Shown: piece by piece, positions 1-57,917 of the stretch
Layout: each line of letters begins with the position of its first letter
Position numbering within the stretch: the stretch's first letter is position 1
DNA from: the human T2T-CHM13v2.0 reference genome, Homo sapiens
Assembly (NCBI RefSeq): GCF_009914755.1
Contig: NC_060936.1
Direction: 5' to 3' (one strand)
Length of the DNA stretch: 64,000 bases
Program-made: the position numbers and the translations under genes
Notes under the pieces: generated by a model
Seen by the model: the letters and a program-made list of their open reading frames with translations, nothing else
Told to the model about the DNA's origin: nothing
The model's database searches: none

Positions 1-1058
1 GTCCTCTCTTCCCCCACCCCAAGCGGCATAGCTCAACAGAAACGGAGCAAGGCAAAGGAGACCAGCACGCATGGAAGGCAATCCATACACACTTGTTAAC
101 TAAGGCAGGGGGTTAATGGGAAGACACTGGCCTGAGCACAAGGAGATAAGGTTTTAGTCATATCTCTGGCCCCCAAGAAGGGGGTCCCCATGTGAACTTG
201 AAAAAGTCCCTTTGTCTCTTTGGTCTCCAGGTTCCTCATCCATGAAGTCAGGGGTTTGCGTTAGAAGCAGGATGGCAAATGGTGCTGCCTGGAGCACATT
301 CGGAAGGATTGTGAGGTGGGAAAGAATCTGTGATCAGTTAGCAATATCGGCCTTGGGCAGAGGAACAGACAGTGCAGGGAGGCATGCCGAGTGTTTGTGA
401 AGTCTAGGAATCATCTCCCAAGCCCCTTCCATTCCAATGCTCCAGGAGTTGATGAAACACTGCAAGAACAGTGCGGAACTAGGGCAGGAGCTGGAGATGC
501 CATGAGAGACTCGGAGGAAACTCCAGACTGACGGCATGCGAAGGCTTGCCTCTGTCGTTAAGCCTAAGGAAGGATCCCCTAACGGAACCTCCGATCCAAC
601 ACAGTGTGTTCAGTTGTCACTTCCAACAGGGTATTGTCCCATCAGGCTCTCCACATTGGACGGCAGTGTGCGTTCCAATTATAGCTCCTCTCCCCGTGTA
701 CAAATGCAGTATGCTCTAACAAGAGGCATCCCCACAGTGGAATCCTCATAACTCGAGGTGTTGCAATCAGATGGCGGCCTCCAAAAAGACCCCCCTTTAT
801 AAAAACGATGGTGCCTTCCCACAGGGAGTGGCGTCCCAACATGGCACGTCCCAGTGGTGGTGTTATCAGCAAAGGGGAAGGAGCTGCTCCAGCTAGCACA
901 AGAGAGGAGTCTGGCCTCCAGCTGGGGGTGCCTGTGGCTCTCCAGAGGTTCCCAGCAGGATTGTGGCAGGAGACAGAGGCAGAGGCTGTCCGCTGAGAAT
1001 GGAGGGTGGCCCTGACCTAGGTTCCCGGCTTAGGAGCCGCCTGGCCTCTGGCCACACC

Positions 1059-21043
<19,985 letters not shown>

Positions 21044-22946
21044 TCAGCATATTGTTGTTCTTCCCAAGTGCTCCATGGCATTTACACCTAAAGTTCCAGT
21101 TCGTTCTCGTAACTGTAAGAGCAAACCTTAGTTTTCTGAGTTTGCAGATGAGGAAATCCAGGCCTTGGCAGATGAAGTGATTCACCCAAGACCACTCAGG
21201 AGTGGAACCGTGATGAAAACTCAGGCTCGGGCTTTTCATTTTCATGTCCCTTTTTATCTGTACAGCTCGCCACCATCCCAGCCGGCCCATCTGCCCAGGT
21301 CCTTGATGTCTGCTGAGTGACCTCAGCCTAGCCTCTGGCCTCCAGGTCAGAAGGGATCAAAGCCTGCCGAGGTAGCAAGGGTCAACGGGCAGGTGTGGCC
21401 GAAGTGACTGCATGGTTCTCTCCTAGCCAGCTGTGTGCTAAGGTGATCGATCAGCTCAGAGTAAACAGGGGAGCCAGCAGCTCTGGGCAGCTGATTGGGA
21501 GGAAAAGAGAAGGTGGGGCCTCTGAACAAGGCCAGATGACAACAACAATTGGCACCAGGGGCAAGTGTGAGCTTTCGAGGGAGCCCCAGCTCCTCTTCTC
21601 TCTGTTGTATCTCTGTCCTGAGAAAAACTAGGGGGCCCTGGTGCCAGAAGGGATCACCAGACCAGTTCTCACCTGGCTGGCAGTCACCTCCGGATGACCC
21701 CCAAGGTGACCAAATGACGGGCTCCTCAAGAGGGAGGCCCAGCAGTGGCTGCCCCTCTCAGCAGGTCACTGCCCTTCCCTTCTCCCTGCCCTCCTAGAGA
21801 GCCCAAAGCTCCCTAGACCTCCAGAAAAGTGACGTGGGGCATTCTTAGTTCTACTCTCTGTCCCTTGGCCTGCTTGTCAACTGCCAGGAGACAAATCCGC
21901 TTCTGTCAGGGTGTATCTCCAATCTATGTTTGCCTTCTCCTCCCTCTCATAACACAAACAATCGCCCTGAGGCCACCTCTGCCTTTATTCCCAGGAATTG
22001 CCAAGAGGAGGTGCCCCAGGCTGTAGAGGGGAGCACCCATCCCGCAGCCCCTCACCTCTGAGGGGTATTGAGGGAATCAAAGCGACCAGGTCTACCAAGT
22101 GCCCCACGCTCCTCCAAGGCTCTAGAGAAACAGGGATTCTTTTTATTAAGGAAGAGTCTGTGTTTATTTACTGGTCCTTTTAACCCAGGCAACAGCCCAA
22201 GCCCAAGTCAGTTAGAAAGGCGTGGGCAGGAGCCATTTGAGGTAATGGAAATTTTTGAAGGTGACTTGGAGGGTGCAGGTTATCCCAGGAATGGGAAAGC
22301 ATGTCAGAGTGAAATTCTGGTATTGGGACCTACTCAGAGCCTTCCACTGTAAGCTCAGCCCAGGAGGGAGGATGAGGATAGCCACCCAGTGGGAATCAGA
22401 GGCCTTGAGTCTCTGTTATGAGGGAGAAGGCAGGGGAAAAGAGGGAGGAAAGAGAGCCTCTGGGTTCAGAGTATGTGATCAGACCCATGGGGGCCTTGAG
22501 CACTGGAGCCTGGGGATGAAAAAATGGGGAGTTGGGCCCCAGGGGAGAAGTTGGTAACATCTGAACCCAAATGTGGATGTTGCTACAGAATTAGGAATGA
22601 GGCACCCTGAGAAATGACCCTGGAATCATCACCAAATAAATTAACAAACTAGTGAGCGAGCTTGAAAACACGCAAGAAAATGCACCAGATAGGAAACCCA
22701 AGTTCTAATCCAGATCTAGCTGTTAATGATAATAACAACAGGTTGACATCTGAGTCAGCAGTATGTTAAAGACAGGCACTCTTTCTACGTATTATTGAAG
22801 TGCATCCTCCTAAGAATCTCTGAAGTTAGGTGTCACTATTAGCTCCACTTTATGTGTGAGGAAGTGAAGCTCCAAGAGATTAAGGAACAGTGCCTGGCAC
22901 CTGCAGCGCCTGGGGGACACTGTTCTCAATGCTAGAATACACTTAC

Positions 22947-23031
22947 CAAGACAATGAGTCGTGGAGCTGGGTCTCTAACTTGCTGTGTGACCTCAGGCAA
23001 ATCACACCCCCTCTCTGAACTCTAAGTTTCC
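22947..23031 (-). other. SLC6A12: SLC6A12 85-nt non-coding 5'UTR exon, MIR-derived
   Basis: Strong acceptor tctttctctcttccag and perfect TTG/GTAAGT donor; the body matches the MIR core. Confidence 0.8.
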
Positions 23032-24842
23032 CTGGAAGAGAGAAAGACCACTGCTCAAAGGGGTTTTCGGAGGGTGAGGGGATAAAAACAAGACTCAATA
23101 AAGAGACGGAGAACTGACCGCCTCTACTCGCGGGCCATAGCGTTGCTAATCCCAGGGCGAGCCCCAAGCACAAGGGCCCTTAGGGCGGTGGTCAGAAATG
23201 AGCCTTACTGTTTCCAGACCACAGGCAGCTGTGGCAGGACCAAGGTGGTCTCAAGGGCTGGGAGAGTGGAGGCTTGCTGGGGGAAGGAGTAAATGAAGGG
23301 AAAGCCGGAGGGGCGCAGGGGCAGGGAAGCGAATCACAGAATCCAGTTTGGGCCCAGGATTTGGGTTTCATCAGAAATAGGGGAAGTGCAAAAAGAGAAC
23401 ATGAGCTGGTGAACCGACACTGACGCAACATGATTTTTTAAAAATAAAAATGAAAATAAAAAAGTAATCGGGAGGAGCGTAACTTGTGGTTCAGAATGAA
23501 AATCCAGAACGGCAGAATGAAAGCAAGAGCAAGTGAAAAGGACAGCTGGCCCCGAGCCGTGGTAACTCAAGGGGGAACACGCTTAAACTGCAGCAAGAGG
23601 GATTTAAGTTAGACTCAGGGAAGAAATGGCCCAGAGGATGTTAGACACCAAAACAAGCTGTACTGAGTTCTCCTTTCTGGGCTACTTTTAAAAGGCAAAG
23701 GACTACACACCCCACCCCCGCTGTGCCCTTCCACCTCCAGCTTCGGCTGGCCGCCTCTCCAGCCCCTCGAGTCTCCTCCAAGGCCGCCCACCTGCTTTGC
23801 TAAGCCGGGACAGGGGGGTGAGGGGTGGGGGATGGGCCTCATCATACTTCAGTGCCCTCCAGAAGCAAACACACCAATTTCCACACCGGGCTTGGTGCTG
23901 CCCAGAGAGCAAATCTTCAAGAGACTAGAAAGTCCAAAGTTAAGTCTGTTTTCAGGAGCTGGGCATGTCGCCAGAGGCCCAGCTGGGGCTAGCAGAGGTG
24001 CAGACGAGACCAGAAATGCTGCTGCCCATGTGCTGCTGGGATCCCAGCTCTGTCCCCTTTGCTCCCCAGTCCAGCATAGGAATAGCTCAGACCCTGCACA
24101 CGGGGGGATGGGACACCCAGCCCCTGCTTCAGTCCACACCCACATACCAACACCCATTCCCATACACACACTGGTGCCATTTCCCGTCACGTCCCTTCGC
24201 ACACACATACCTGTGTGCATGGCACCAAAACCTGGCTCTCTCTGTAGTCCTTCACACCCCGTGAGTGCCGGTCTCAGCTGGTGGCTGCCTGCAACTCCCC
24301 TGAGTGCCCCCCTCGGGTACAAGCACACCCATAGCATCCACCGCCCAAAGCCAAGACAGCTTCCTCCTGGGAGGCGCCTGGCACCCAGCTCGTCACGCTC
24401 AGCCGGCAGGCAGCGGGCAGGAACCCCTCACCTGTGATCATTTATTGCAGTTCCTGGGCCCTCGGGAATGCCCCGAGGTTTCTCCTGTCCACTTCTCCTT
24501 CCACCTTGCTGGGCACCACCTGCTTCCCCTCCCCTCGTCAGATGACCACCCCTGCTTTCACCCACTGCCGTGACCAGCTGCCCATCGCTGGACTTTCCTG
24601 CTCCACAGGCTAATCACTGAGCTGCTCCCACGCTGGATGGGGCGGAGCTAGGGGGCACCCCTTGTCCTGAGAGTCGTGGGCATCAGACTTGCCCTTTGGC
24701 CTGAGGTTATTGCAGGTCCTGCCCCCCGCTGCAGACACGCAGTTCCACAGAGTCTCGCTTCCCAGGGCTCTATCCCTCCAGCCCCTCTGAGCAGCAGTTG
24801 GAGACTGCAAAGACAGAGCCAGCCCCTCCACTTCCCGCTCAC

Positions 24843-25080
24843 CTCAGTCCCCAGCACCGGCTCCTGTGGTCAGCTTGGCTGTGGGCATCAGGTCTCCAGG
24901 AGAGTCCCAAGGCAGCTGCTTATGGGAAAGCCAAGAGAGCCGGGACCTGAAAGGGAAACTGCCCTCCACGTTCACGCCTTACCCTGTTCCTCCCAGCGCA
25001 GAATCCCATGTGACTTGTCCAGGGACTCCCAGACAGAAAGAAGCCGTGTGTGTATGTGTTGGGGCGGGGGCTGTGTGTGT
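24843..25080 (-). other. SLC6A12: Probable SLC6A12 non-coding first exon (5' boundary approximate)
   Basis: GAG/GTGAGC donor at 24842; position just downstream of the TonE elements. The TSS is not determinable from sequence. Confidence 0.55.
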
Positions 25081-25559
25081 TGGGGAGTGAAAGGACAGAG
25101 AAATACCAGGAGCAGCAGGAGGGACTGAGGCCAAAAGTTTGTGAACCGAGATTACAACATCCAACCTCAGGAAGTCAAGTCCTCTGTCCCCAGCGCTCCC
25201 ACCCCCATCCCACTCCCACTGTGAACCCACTGTCTCCAGACCGGTGCCCTCCCCGTGGGCACAGTCCCATGATGGCCCCTCCAGAGCTGGGCTGAGCTGC
25301 TGCTCCCTTGGGCAGGGGAAGGGGCTCAGAGACTCACACCCTGACCTCATCTCCCCTCCTCCTCCTCCTTGCCCTTCCCCCTTCCCCCTTTTCCCCTATC
25401 CCCCTCCAGAACCATCTCCTTCCCAGGGATGAGGAGACGGGTATGTGCAGCACAGGGGACAGCCCTCTCTTACCAGAGACTCCAGGCTATAAACTGAGAA
25501 CCTTGGGAGGGGAGGTGACCTCACTGACGAGGGCAAGGGAGGAGGGTGAATCACACGCT

Positions 25560-25570
25560 GGAGTTTTCCA
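25560..25570 (-). promoter_or_regulatory. Tonicity-responsive enhancer TonE (NFAT5/TonEBP site)
   Basis: Minus strand tacttggTGGAAAACTCCag fits TGGAAANNYNY and closely resembles the described canine BGT1 TonE context. Confidence 0.85.
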
Positions 25571-25631
25571 CCAAGTACCTGCCCTCTGTGGCTTCTAGGC
25601 AAGGCCCTGGACCTTCACAACCCTTCTCCTT

Positions 25632-25642
25632 GGGATTTTCCT
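25632..25642 (-). promoter_or_regulatory. Second TonE-like NFAT5/Rel-family site
   Basis: Minus strand AGGAAAATCCC, 72 bp upstream of the first TonE and in the same orientation. Confidence 0.65.
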
Positions 25643-26911
25643 AGAGAAAGCACCCAGAGCGTACCTCAAGAAGCAATGTAGAGAGGACCCAGGATTGGGA
25701 CCAGACAGACCTGAGTTTCTTCTCCTCCTCTATCATGTATCAGTCACGACAGCTAGGCAAGGGTCAGCCTTGGTTTCCCAGTCTGTCAAAGGTAGGTAAC
25801 AACACAATATCTACTTTGCGGGGTTGCTGTGAGGGTGCAGGGATATCATAGGTGCTTAAGGGGAGGTGTGGGTGTTTGTTGTGTGTCCTCTGGAAGCAGA
25901 GGCTGGGATGGTGGGGTGTCTGGTCCCAGGCACCTCTGGTCACTGCATAGCACCAGGCACCTAGCTAGAATTTGTCTGGAGTGGCCTGCCAGCTATCAAT
26001 GGGGAAGGGTATTTTTTGAATACATGTGCCCTATGCCGTGTGCCCAGTGAGCTCCTCCAGAACAGCGTCCTGGTCACTGTCCCTGAGCACGCCCACCTGG
26101 TGTGGGGTACAGCACTGTCCCACCGCCCTTCATTCAGAATAGCTGGTGCCTCCTTCAAGACAAAGGAGGTGCTTCTTCAGCTCTAGGTGGTATGAAGGGA
26201 GAGGAAGTTGCAGGGAGAAAGGGAAATTTCCTTTTACATGTGCTTCCTCTGTGTATTTTAGAACTTCCCAGCAGGGGTGGGGTGTGAAGTGAGACTCTCA
26301 GTCTGTAGTTTTCCATCAAGCACCCCCACGATATGTCTCTCGGGCCCCTCTCAGCCTCTCCTGTGGGGTTCCACATGAAGAGGAAGGCAGAGCAGGTCTC
26401 AGCTCTCAGACCCATTGCCTCTATGAAAGCAGAAGCCGGGCTGGGGGTCAGCTGTGGCACAGTAGGACATGGCCCAGCCAGAATCCATACTTGAGCTACC
26501 CCGGTGCTCAGGTGTGGCCTGTCCCTGCATGTCAGGTCCACCATGGATTGACCACAGAGTTATTGCAGAGGGGACATCAAAGTCCATGTGATCACCTAGC
26601 TACAGCTACTCCAGAACAAAACACCAGCCTCTCCATAAAAAGGAGAAAGAGGGGAGAGGATCAGACAAGCCAAGATGGTGAATTTCCTTGTTGGTTCCCT
26701 CAAAAATTATATTTAGCACATACAGTGTGACATGCTTTCTGTGAGGATGAACAGCAACAGCCCAGCAGTCCTGTCACCTCTCCTTCACCTTGTCAGAGAA
26801 CAGCTGCCTGGTTGACCTGGCCCAGGGGGTACAGTTTGACTTTCCCCCAAAAGAGCTACCTGGTCCCTCCCTGTTTTTATCTGACTGCCTCTGGCCTTAG
26901 TCCCACCATCT

Positions 26912-27576
26912 TAATGTTGAGCCCTTCCTCACTCAAGTTTTCCTAGCCTCCAAGACCCACTTGGTATTCAGACCAGTTAGTAAACTTCTGGAGGCCAGAG
27001 ACTCTCTAATGTTGAGCCCTTCCTCACTCAAGTTCTCCTAGCCTCCAAGACCCACTTGGTATTCAGACCAGTTAGTAAACTTCTGGAGGCCAGAGACTCT
27101 CTAATGTTGAGCCCTTCCTCACTCAAGTTCTCCTAGCCTCCAAGACCCACTTGGTATTCAGACTGGTTAGTAAACTTCTGGAGGCCAGAGACTCTCTAAT
27201 GTTGAGCCCTTCCTCACTCAAGTTCTCCTAGCCTCCAAGACCCACTTGGTGTTCAGACCGGTTAGTAAACCCCTGGAGGCCAGAGACTCTCTAATGTTGA
27301 GCCCTTCCTCACTCAAGTTCTCCTAGCCTCCAAGACCCACTTGGTATTCAGACCAGTTAGTAAACTTCTGGAGGCCAGAGACTCTCTAATGTTGAGCCCT
27401 TCCTCACTCAAGTTCTCCTAGCCTCCAAGACCCACTTGGTGTTCAGACTGGTTAGTAAACCCCTGGAGGCCAGAGACTCTCTAATGTTGAGCCCTTCCTC
27501 ACTCAAGTTCTCCTAGCCTCCAAGACCCACTTGGTATTCAGACTGGTTAGTAAACTCCTGGAGGCCAGAGACTCTC
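26912..27576. repeat. VNTR, 7 x 95 bp
   Basis: Unit taatgttgagcccttcc...gagactctc starts at 26912, 27007, 27102, 27197, 27292, 27387 and 27482. Confidence 0.98.
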
Positions 27577-28124
27577 ATCTTTGCAAAAGGTAGGCATCCT
27601 GGAAAGCCTAGCTGAGACTGGGCTGTTTCCACACTGAGGAGTGTGCAGGGTGAAGACGACAGGTAGCTGAATGAATCTATCACCTTTGCTGCAGTAGGAA
27701 CCACTGGCCACCACAGAATGTTCTCACCACCCTCATCTTCTAATCTCATCCATACTTTCAGAGGGCCTGGAATAGGACTTATTTCCTGAGCATCTAACTC
27801 GGACGAGGAGTTTTACATGTTACTTCATTTCATCCCCTTAAGAACTTTGAAATGTAAAAATTATTAGCCCCATTTTACAGACGGGAAACTGGGGTGAATA
27901 AATAGAAGCTAAGTGATTTGTCCTAAGGCCACACACAAGTAAGTGATGGTGCTGGGATTTGAACCTGGGCCTCTTGGCTCCAAAAATCTATGCTTGTTCC
28001 ACTGAAGCATACTGTTCCCCTGACCATGAATATCTATATGTCAGGGGTCTCATTTCATAATTCTTTATTTCTGCCTCTAGCATTTAATACAATTCTGCCT
28101 CAGAATAGGCACTCAGTGTTCATT

Positions 28125-28221
28125 GGATGGAGGATGGATGGATGGATGGATGGATGGACAGATGGATGGATGGATGGATGGATGGATGGATGGATGGATG
28201 GACAGACGGATGGATGGACAG

Positions 28222-28257
<36 letters not shown>

Positions 28258-28362
28258 ATGGATGGATGGATGGATGGACAGACGGATGGATGGATGGACA
28301 GACGGATGGATGGATGGATGGATGGAGGATGGACGGATGGATGGATGAACGAGTGGATGAAT
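28125..28362. repeat. (GGAT)n microsatellite with GGAC/AGAC variants
   Basis: Read directly from the sequence. Confidence 0.97.
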
Positions 28363-28582
28363 GGAACTTGAAGGGGGAAAAATGATTACAGTTTTCCCTT
28401 TTCTGGGAGGACATTGTTTCCCCAGAATCAGAGGGCTCAGATGACTCAGGTCCTGCTTATCTTGGACAGTACTGCTCTGTGTTGTCACTTGGTGAAGAGT
28501 GTGGAGTAGCACCCTCAGGCCACAGGACCAGGATTATTTTAGGACTACGTCTTCCTTGCCTTCTAGTGAAAATGCTTAGCTC

Positions 28583-28881
<299 letters not shown>

Positions 28882-31569
28882 TTAGCTCAATAAATGTGTA
28901 GCCTCCTTCCTGGAGCCCAGTGCAACCTAGTCTGAGACTGGGGACAGCAAGGATATCTCTAAACTCTTCCTGAACTTTTCTGTGATGCTGACAGTCCGAT
29001 GTGGTGGGGCTGCAGCTATGGGAAATAGGATGGGTTTGACTGAATGTGTCCCCAGGGCAGCTGTCCCTATAGCATCTGCTGGACTCTAACAACACTGATG
29101 TAAGTAGCAGTATTCCTGTTTTATGGAAGAGAAAACTAAGGATCAGAGAGGTTAGCTTGCCTAAGGTCACACAGTTAGTAAGTAAAAGGGCCAGGATCCA
29201 AGCCAGGCCTGCAAGCCCCTCTACAGGAGAATGCTCAGCTGGCTGTGGCGTCTCTGAGTTTGTGCACATGTGCACATGTCTCTGAGGATAAGGAGGGGCT
29301 GGTGCCTGCATGCCTGTGTGTGGATCTGAGACCTGGGTGTTCATGTGGGCAAGGTCTGAGGCCCCGCGCAGCCTGGTGGGCTCAGTGCCTAACAAGCTGC
29401 TTTCCCGCAGCCCTGGGCATAGTCTGTAACTCTCCCGCCACCTCTGCTTCTGCTCTCCCTGTTCAACTTGCCCCCAGGCTCTCACTGCTTGCCTTTCCTC
29501 TCTAACAGGTGTGGCCTCCAGACAAGAGAGGGCTCCCTTCCTTTTGGGTCTTCTTCTCTGGGAACTCTAAGATATAGCGCCCACCCCTCCAGGCTAGGGA
29601 AGCAGGTCACTGACTCGGCTGCCCTACACCCCCCCATCCCCACCCCCACCCCCGTCGCTTCAGCCCCTCTGGCTAAGGCCGAGGTACTCCTTCCTTCCTT
29701 CCCTCAACCCTGACCCCGACCCAAGCCAGCAGCATTCTCATCTCTCTGCCTGCCAGTCCCACCTGCGCTGTTAGAGCCTCACCCCCTCAGCCACCTCCCT
29801 CCAGTTTGATGACCTCACACCACGTGTCACCAAGTGACGGAAAGGACCCTCACACCCATTACCTCCTTTGAGCCCTACGACAAGCCCTGCTTGGAGAAGG
29901 AGTGCGTGGCGTTTTCTGCAACTGCGAAGCAAAGAACCTGAATTCCAAGTGACTGCACAGACACGCAGCAAGTTCTGGAAGCACACCTCCGGGTTCTTAC
30001 ACCAATAGGTGACTCTCACACCGTGTTCCACCATCAGGAAGCTCCTCGATGCGACTCAGATCACATCTGGGTCCCACATTCCCGCTGAGGCCGGCAGTTC
30101 CGGCAACTTTGGTCATACGGATGGAGACAGGTATTATAACCTTAGAACCCAACCTGCACCATGAGGTCCTGCCCTACCCCACTTATTATTTTCCACAGCT
30201 CTTTGCTCTTTTCTGTCATGGTATCTGTCACTCACTGTTTAAGAAATTGTATCTGTTTTTACTCCTGGCATGTCACGAGCACAGCACGGCACCACGCGGG
30301 AGGTGTTCTGTCAACAGTGTCCGGTGGATGGAGCTGCTGGCTTGCAGCATCTCGAGTTCGGGCCTGCCTCTCCAGCAGATGTATTTCTCCCCCGGTAAGA
30401 CTGAGATTGAGCCCAGCACCCTCGGGGAATGCCCGAGCAGCATTCTCCAGGAAGGGGCAGCCAAGGCTGACATACAGCAGGACTGCTGTCGTTAATCTTC
30501 ACCAACTCTTCCAACGACAAAAAGTCAAAAACTGAAGACAAGCAAATATTTCAGTGCATTTTTTTCCACTAGTGGACATGTGAAAAACTAAGATCACCCA
30601 GGGAAGCCTGTGCACCCTTAGACTGCAGCCCTAAGAGTCACAGGACACACCAAGGGCAGCACCAGAAGACCCATCTGAACAAAGGTGGGCACACGGGCAG
30701 GCCCCCGAGCCTGCGCATAGGCAGGGAGAGATGTAGCTGTGTGTTCAGCCACTTCCAAAACCACACACAAAGCTACAGCCAGAAATATGTGGGGCCCGGC
30801 TCCATGCCCATACGCAGAGGCAAGGCTGCAGAGACACACCTGTGGCACCCTCTGGGCACCCCCCCCCATGCCCACTGACCCCGAGTGGGGGTGCACTTCC
30901 TCCCTGCAGCTCAGGCCCTGACAGTAGAGCTGTGGCCATAGCAGTACCACCCCCTCGTGGCCACATCTGGCGGTGCCCCGGCATCCGGTGTCTCCTATCC
31001 TCAGAAGAGCGAGGCGGTCCCAAGGAAGTGGCGTCCCTCTGCTGGCTGAGCTGGGCAGTGCCCTCCTCTGCCAAGGCCCCCCAACCTGCTGCACTGGGGC
31101 GTGGTCACAGCCGGCCCTCCCCCACGTCCCCCGTGCCCAGCCTCGGTGGGCACACAGGCAGTTTTGGCCGCTGGGGGTAGGCGAGGACACAGCAGGGAAA
31201 GTGGGCAGGAGGAAACTGCCACCAGCCTTTCCCTCTCCTTTGGCTAGGACTCGGGTCTCCTTCATGCGTCCCTCAATTTCCTTTCTTATTCCACAGCACA
31301 AAGGCGGAGGAAGGAAGCTGAGGACATGTGGAGAGAGGCTGGGCAGCCTCCTCTGGTCCACATGCCTGATGATGGAGGCTCTCAGCCTGGCCCCACCACC
31401 CGCCCCCATCACCGTGCTGAGTGGGCCCCAGTGAGAACTCAATGGGGGAGGCTAGGATGGGGAGGGGCAGGGTCCTAAACCACAACAGTAACATGGGGAA
31501 GGGTGAAGGCAGCCAGGCAGGGGGCAGAAATCAGACAGAACCGCTAGCAGTCAGCGGGAAGAATGTGGA

Positions 31570-31575
31570 TTTAAT
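31570..31575 (-). terminator. SLC6A13: SLC6A13 polyadenylation signal ATTAAA
   Basis: tttaat on the plus strand, ~300 nt after the stop codon, followed by U/GU-rich sequence on the minus strand. Confidence 0.75.
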
Positions 31576-31876
31576 GGAATGAAGGATGAGAGGGCCCGAA
31601 GCCAGCAAGTCTCGCCCCACCTACCAGCCCCCACCCAGCTTCCCAAGGGTCTCAGAGGGACACTCTTGGCACTGGCCTTTCACATCTGTTCAACAACCCC
31701 TGAGCTGAAAAGTTGCAGTGGGAGGCCTCCAGCTCAGCAGGTGGACTCCAAAATACCCCTCTTGTCTTATCCACTCCAGGTCGGGGGCAGGGAAGCACAT
31801 GGGGCTGCTTCTGCCACGTTCCCTCCACAGCCATCCCCAAGGCCAGGCACACAGGCACCATCCAAGGGCCTGCCCC

Positions 31877-54664
<22,788 letters not shown>

Positions 54665-55090
54665 CTGTGGTTAGAAAACAGGCTGTTCATTTCCTGGGAC
54701 TATTCTCCTCATGGTCTGCATTCACCTCCTCCCATTACCAACCCATACTGCCAGTCAGAATCTCGGAGGCAGAGAACATGCAAAACTGCAGGAGACAGCT
54801 GTCTAGATGTTTGGAACATAGCAGAGATCAAGAGTCACCCCATTATCTAAGATCTACACAGCCTCTTGCCTTTTTTCACTGCAGTTTCAGTCTATACCTA
54901 TTAAAGTTTGTTCCCCACTGAACAATTACTGCTTAACACATAACTTGTGGCAATAACAAGGAGCTTATTAAATAATGGATGTCTAGGAGCATTGGCACAG
55001 CCCACAGTCTATAATTCTTTTCAAAGAAAGCATTGCTCTTAATGTCAGGTAGTCTTTTAGTAAGCTGAAATCAGATGCCCTTTCAGTCAT

Positions 55091-55762
<672 letters not shown>

Positions 55763-56250
55763 GTAATCTGTCTCCTTCTGTTTTTATAAGCATTGGCGGA
55801 GACAAGACTACTGATGCCAGATATACTGGTATTTTCCCTACCATGGACCTGTCATCTGCTGGCAAAGTGGACAGCACAGTTCATAGGACACAGAGTACCA
55901 GAGAAGACAGAACTGCACAGACAGGAGAATCTGCAGAGGGTCCCCCTCAAGCTTCCAACTGAGTACTAGTCAGTGCATATGTGTGAGAAAACTGAGGTGA
56001 GGGAAAGAACCATTCAAAATGATTAAAAGTAATGGTGCTCACACACTGCCAGAGTAAATAATCTCAAGATTCACCAGGCATTAGGCAGAGTACGCAGAAG
56101 GGCATTTCCTCAGTAACGGGGAATAATTATCCCTAGACCGAGCACACTTCTATTGCTACCTAACCAATCTTAAAAGCAAGATATAAAAAGAGCAAGTAAC
56201 TTCACTGATCCCAGAACAGAGCTAAAGAATATTTACAGAAATACGAAATT

Positions 56251-57233
<983 letters not shown>

Positions 57234-57386
57234 TCAATCGAAAATTACCAGGAAAGCAAAGAATCAGGAAAATGTTACTCATAGCAAGGAGATTGAACCT
57301 GACCCATAATTTACAAAGATGTTAGAATTAGCAGATGAGAATATTTAAAAGTTATTATAACTGTATTGCAAGTGTTCCAAAAGTTA

Positions 57387-57917
<531 letters not shown>

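Noticed and set aside
1-1058. SLC6A12 poly(A) site within the window
   Set aside because: No AATAAA or ATTAAA seen on the minus strand, only TATAAA near 796-801; the 3' end probably lies at or beyond the left edge.
25487-25493. TATAAA as the SLC6A12 TATA box
   Set aside because: It is on the plus strand, opposite to the gene, and not positioned upstream of the inferred TSS.
26912-27576. CRISPR-like appearance of the regular array
   Set aside because: Whole 95-bp units repeat with no unique spacers, there are no cas genes, and the context is mammalian.
30618-31442. 274-aa ORF downstream of SLC6A13
   Set aside because: Non-ATG start, GC-rich, no recognisable homology, and it lies past the poly(A) signal.
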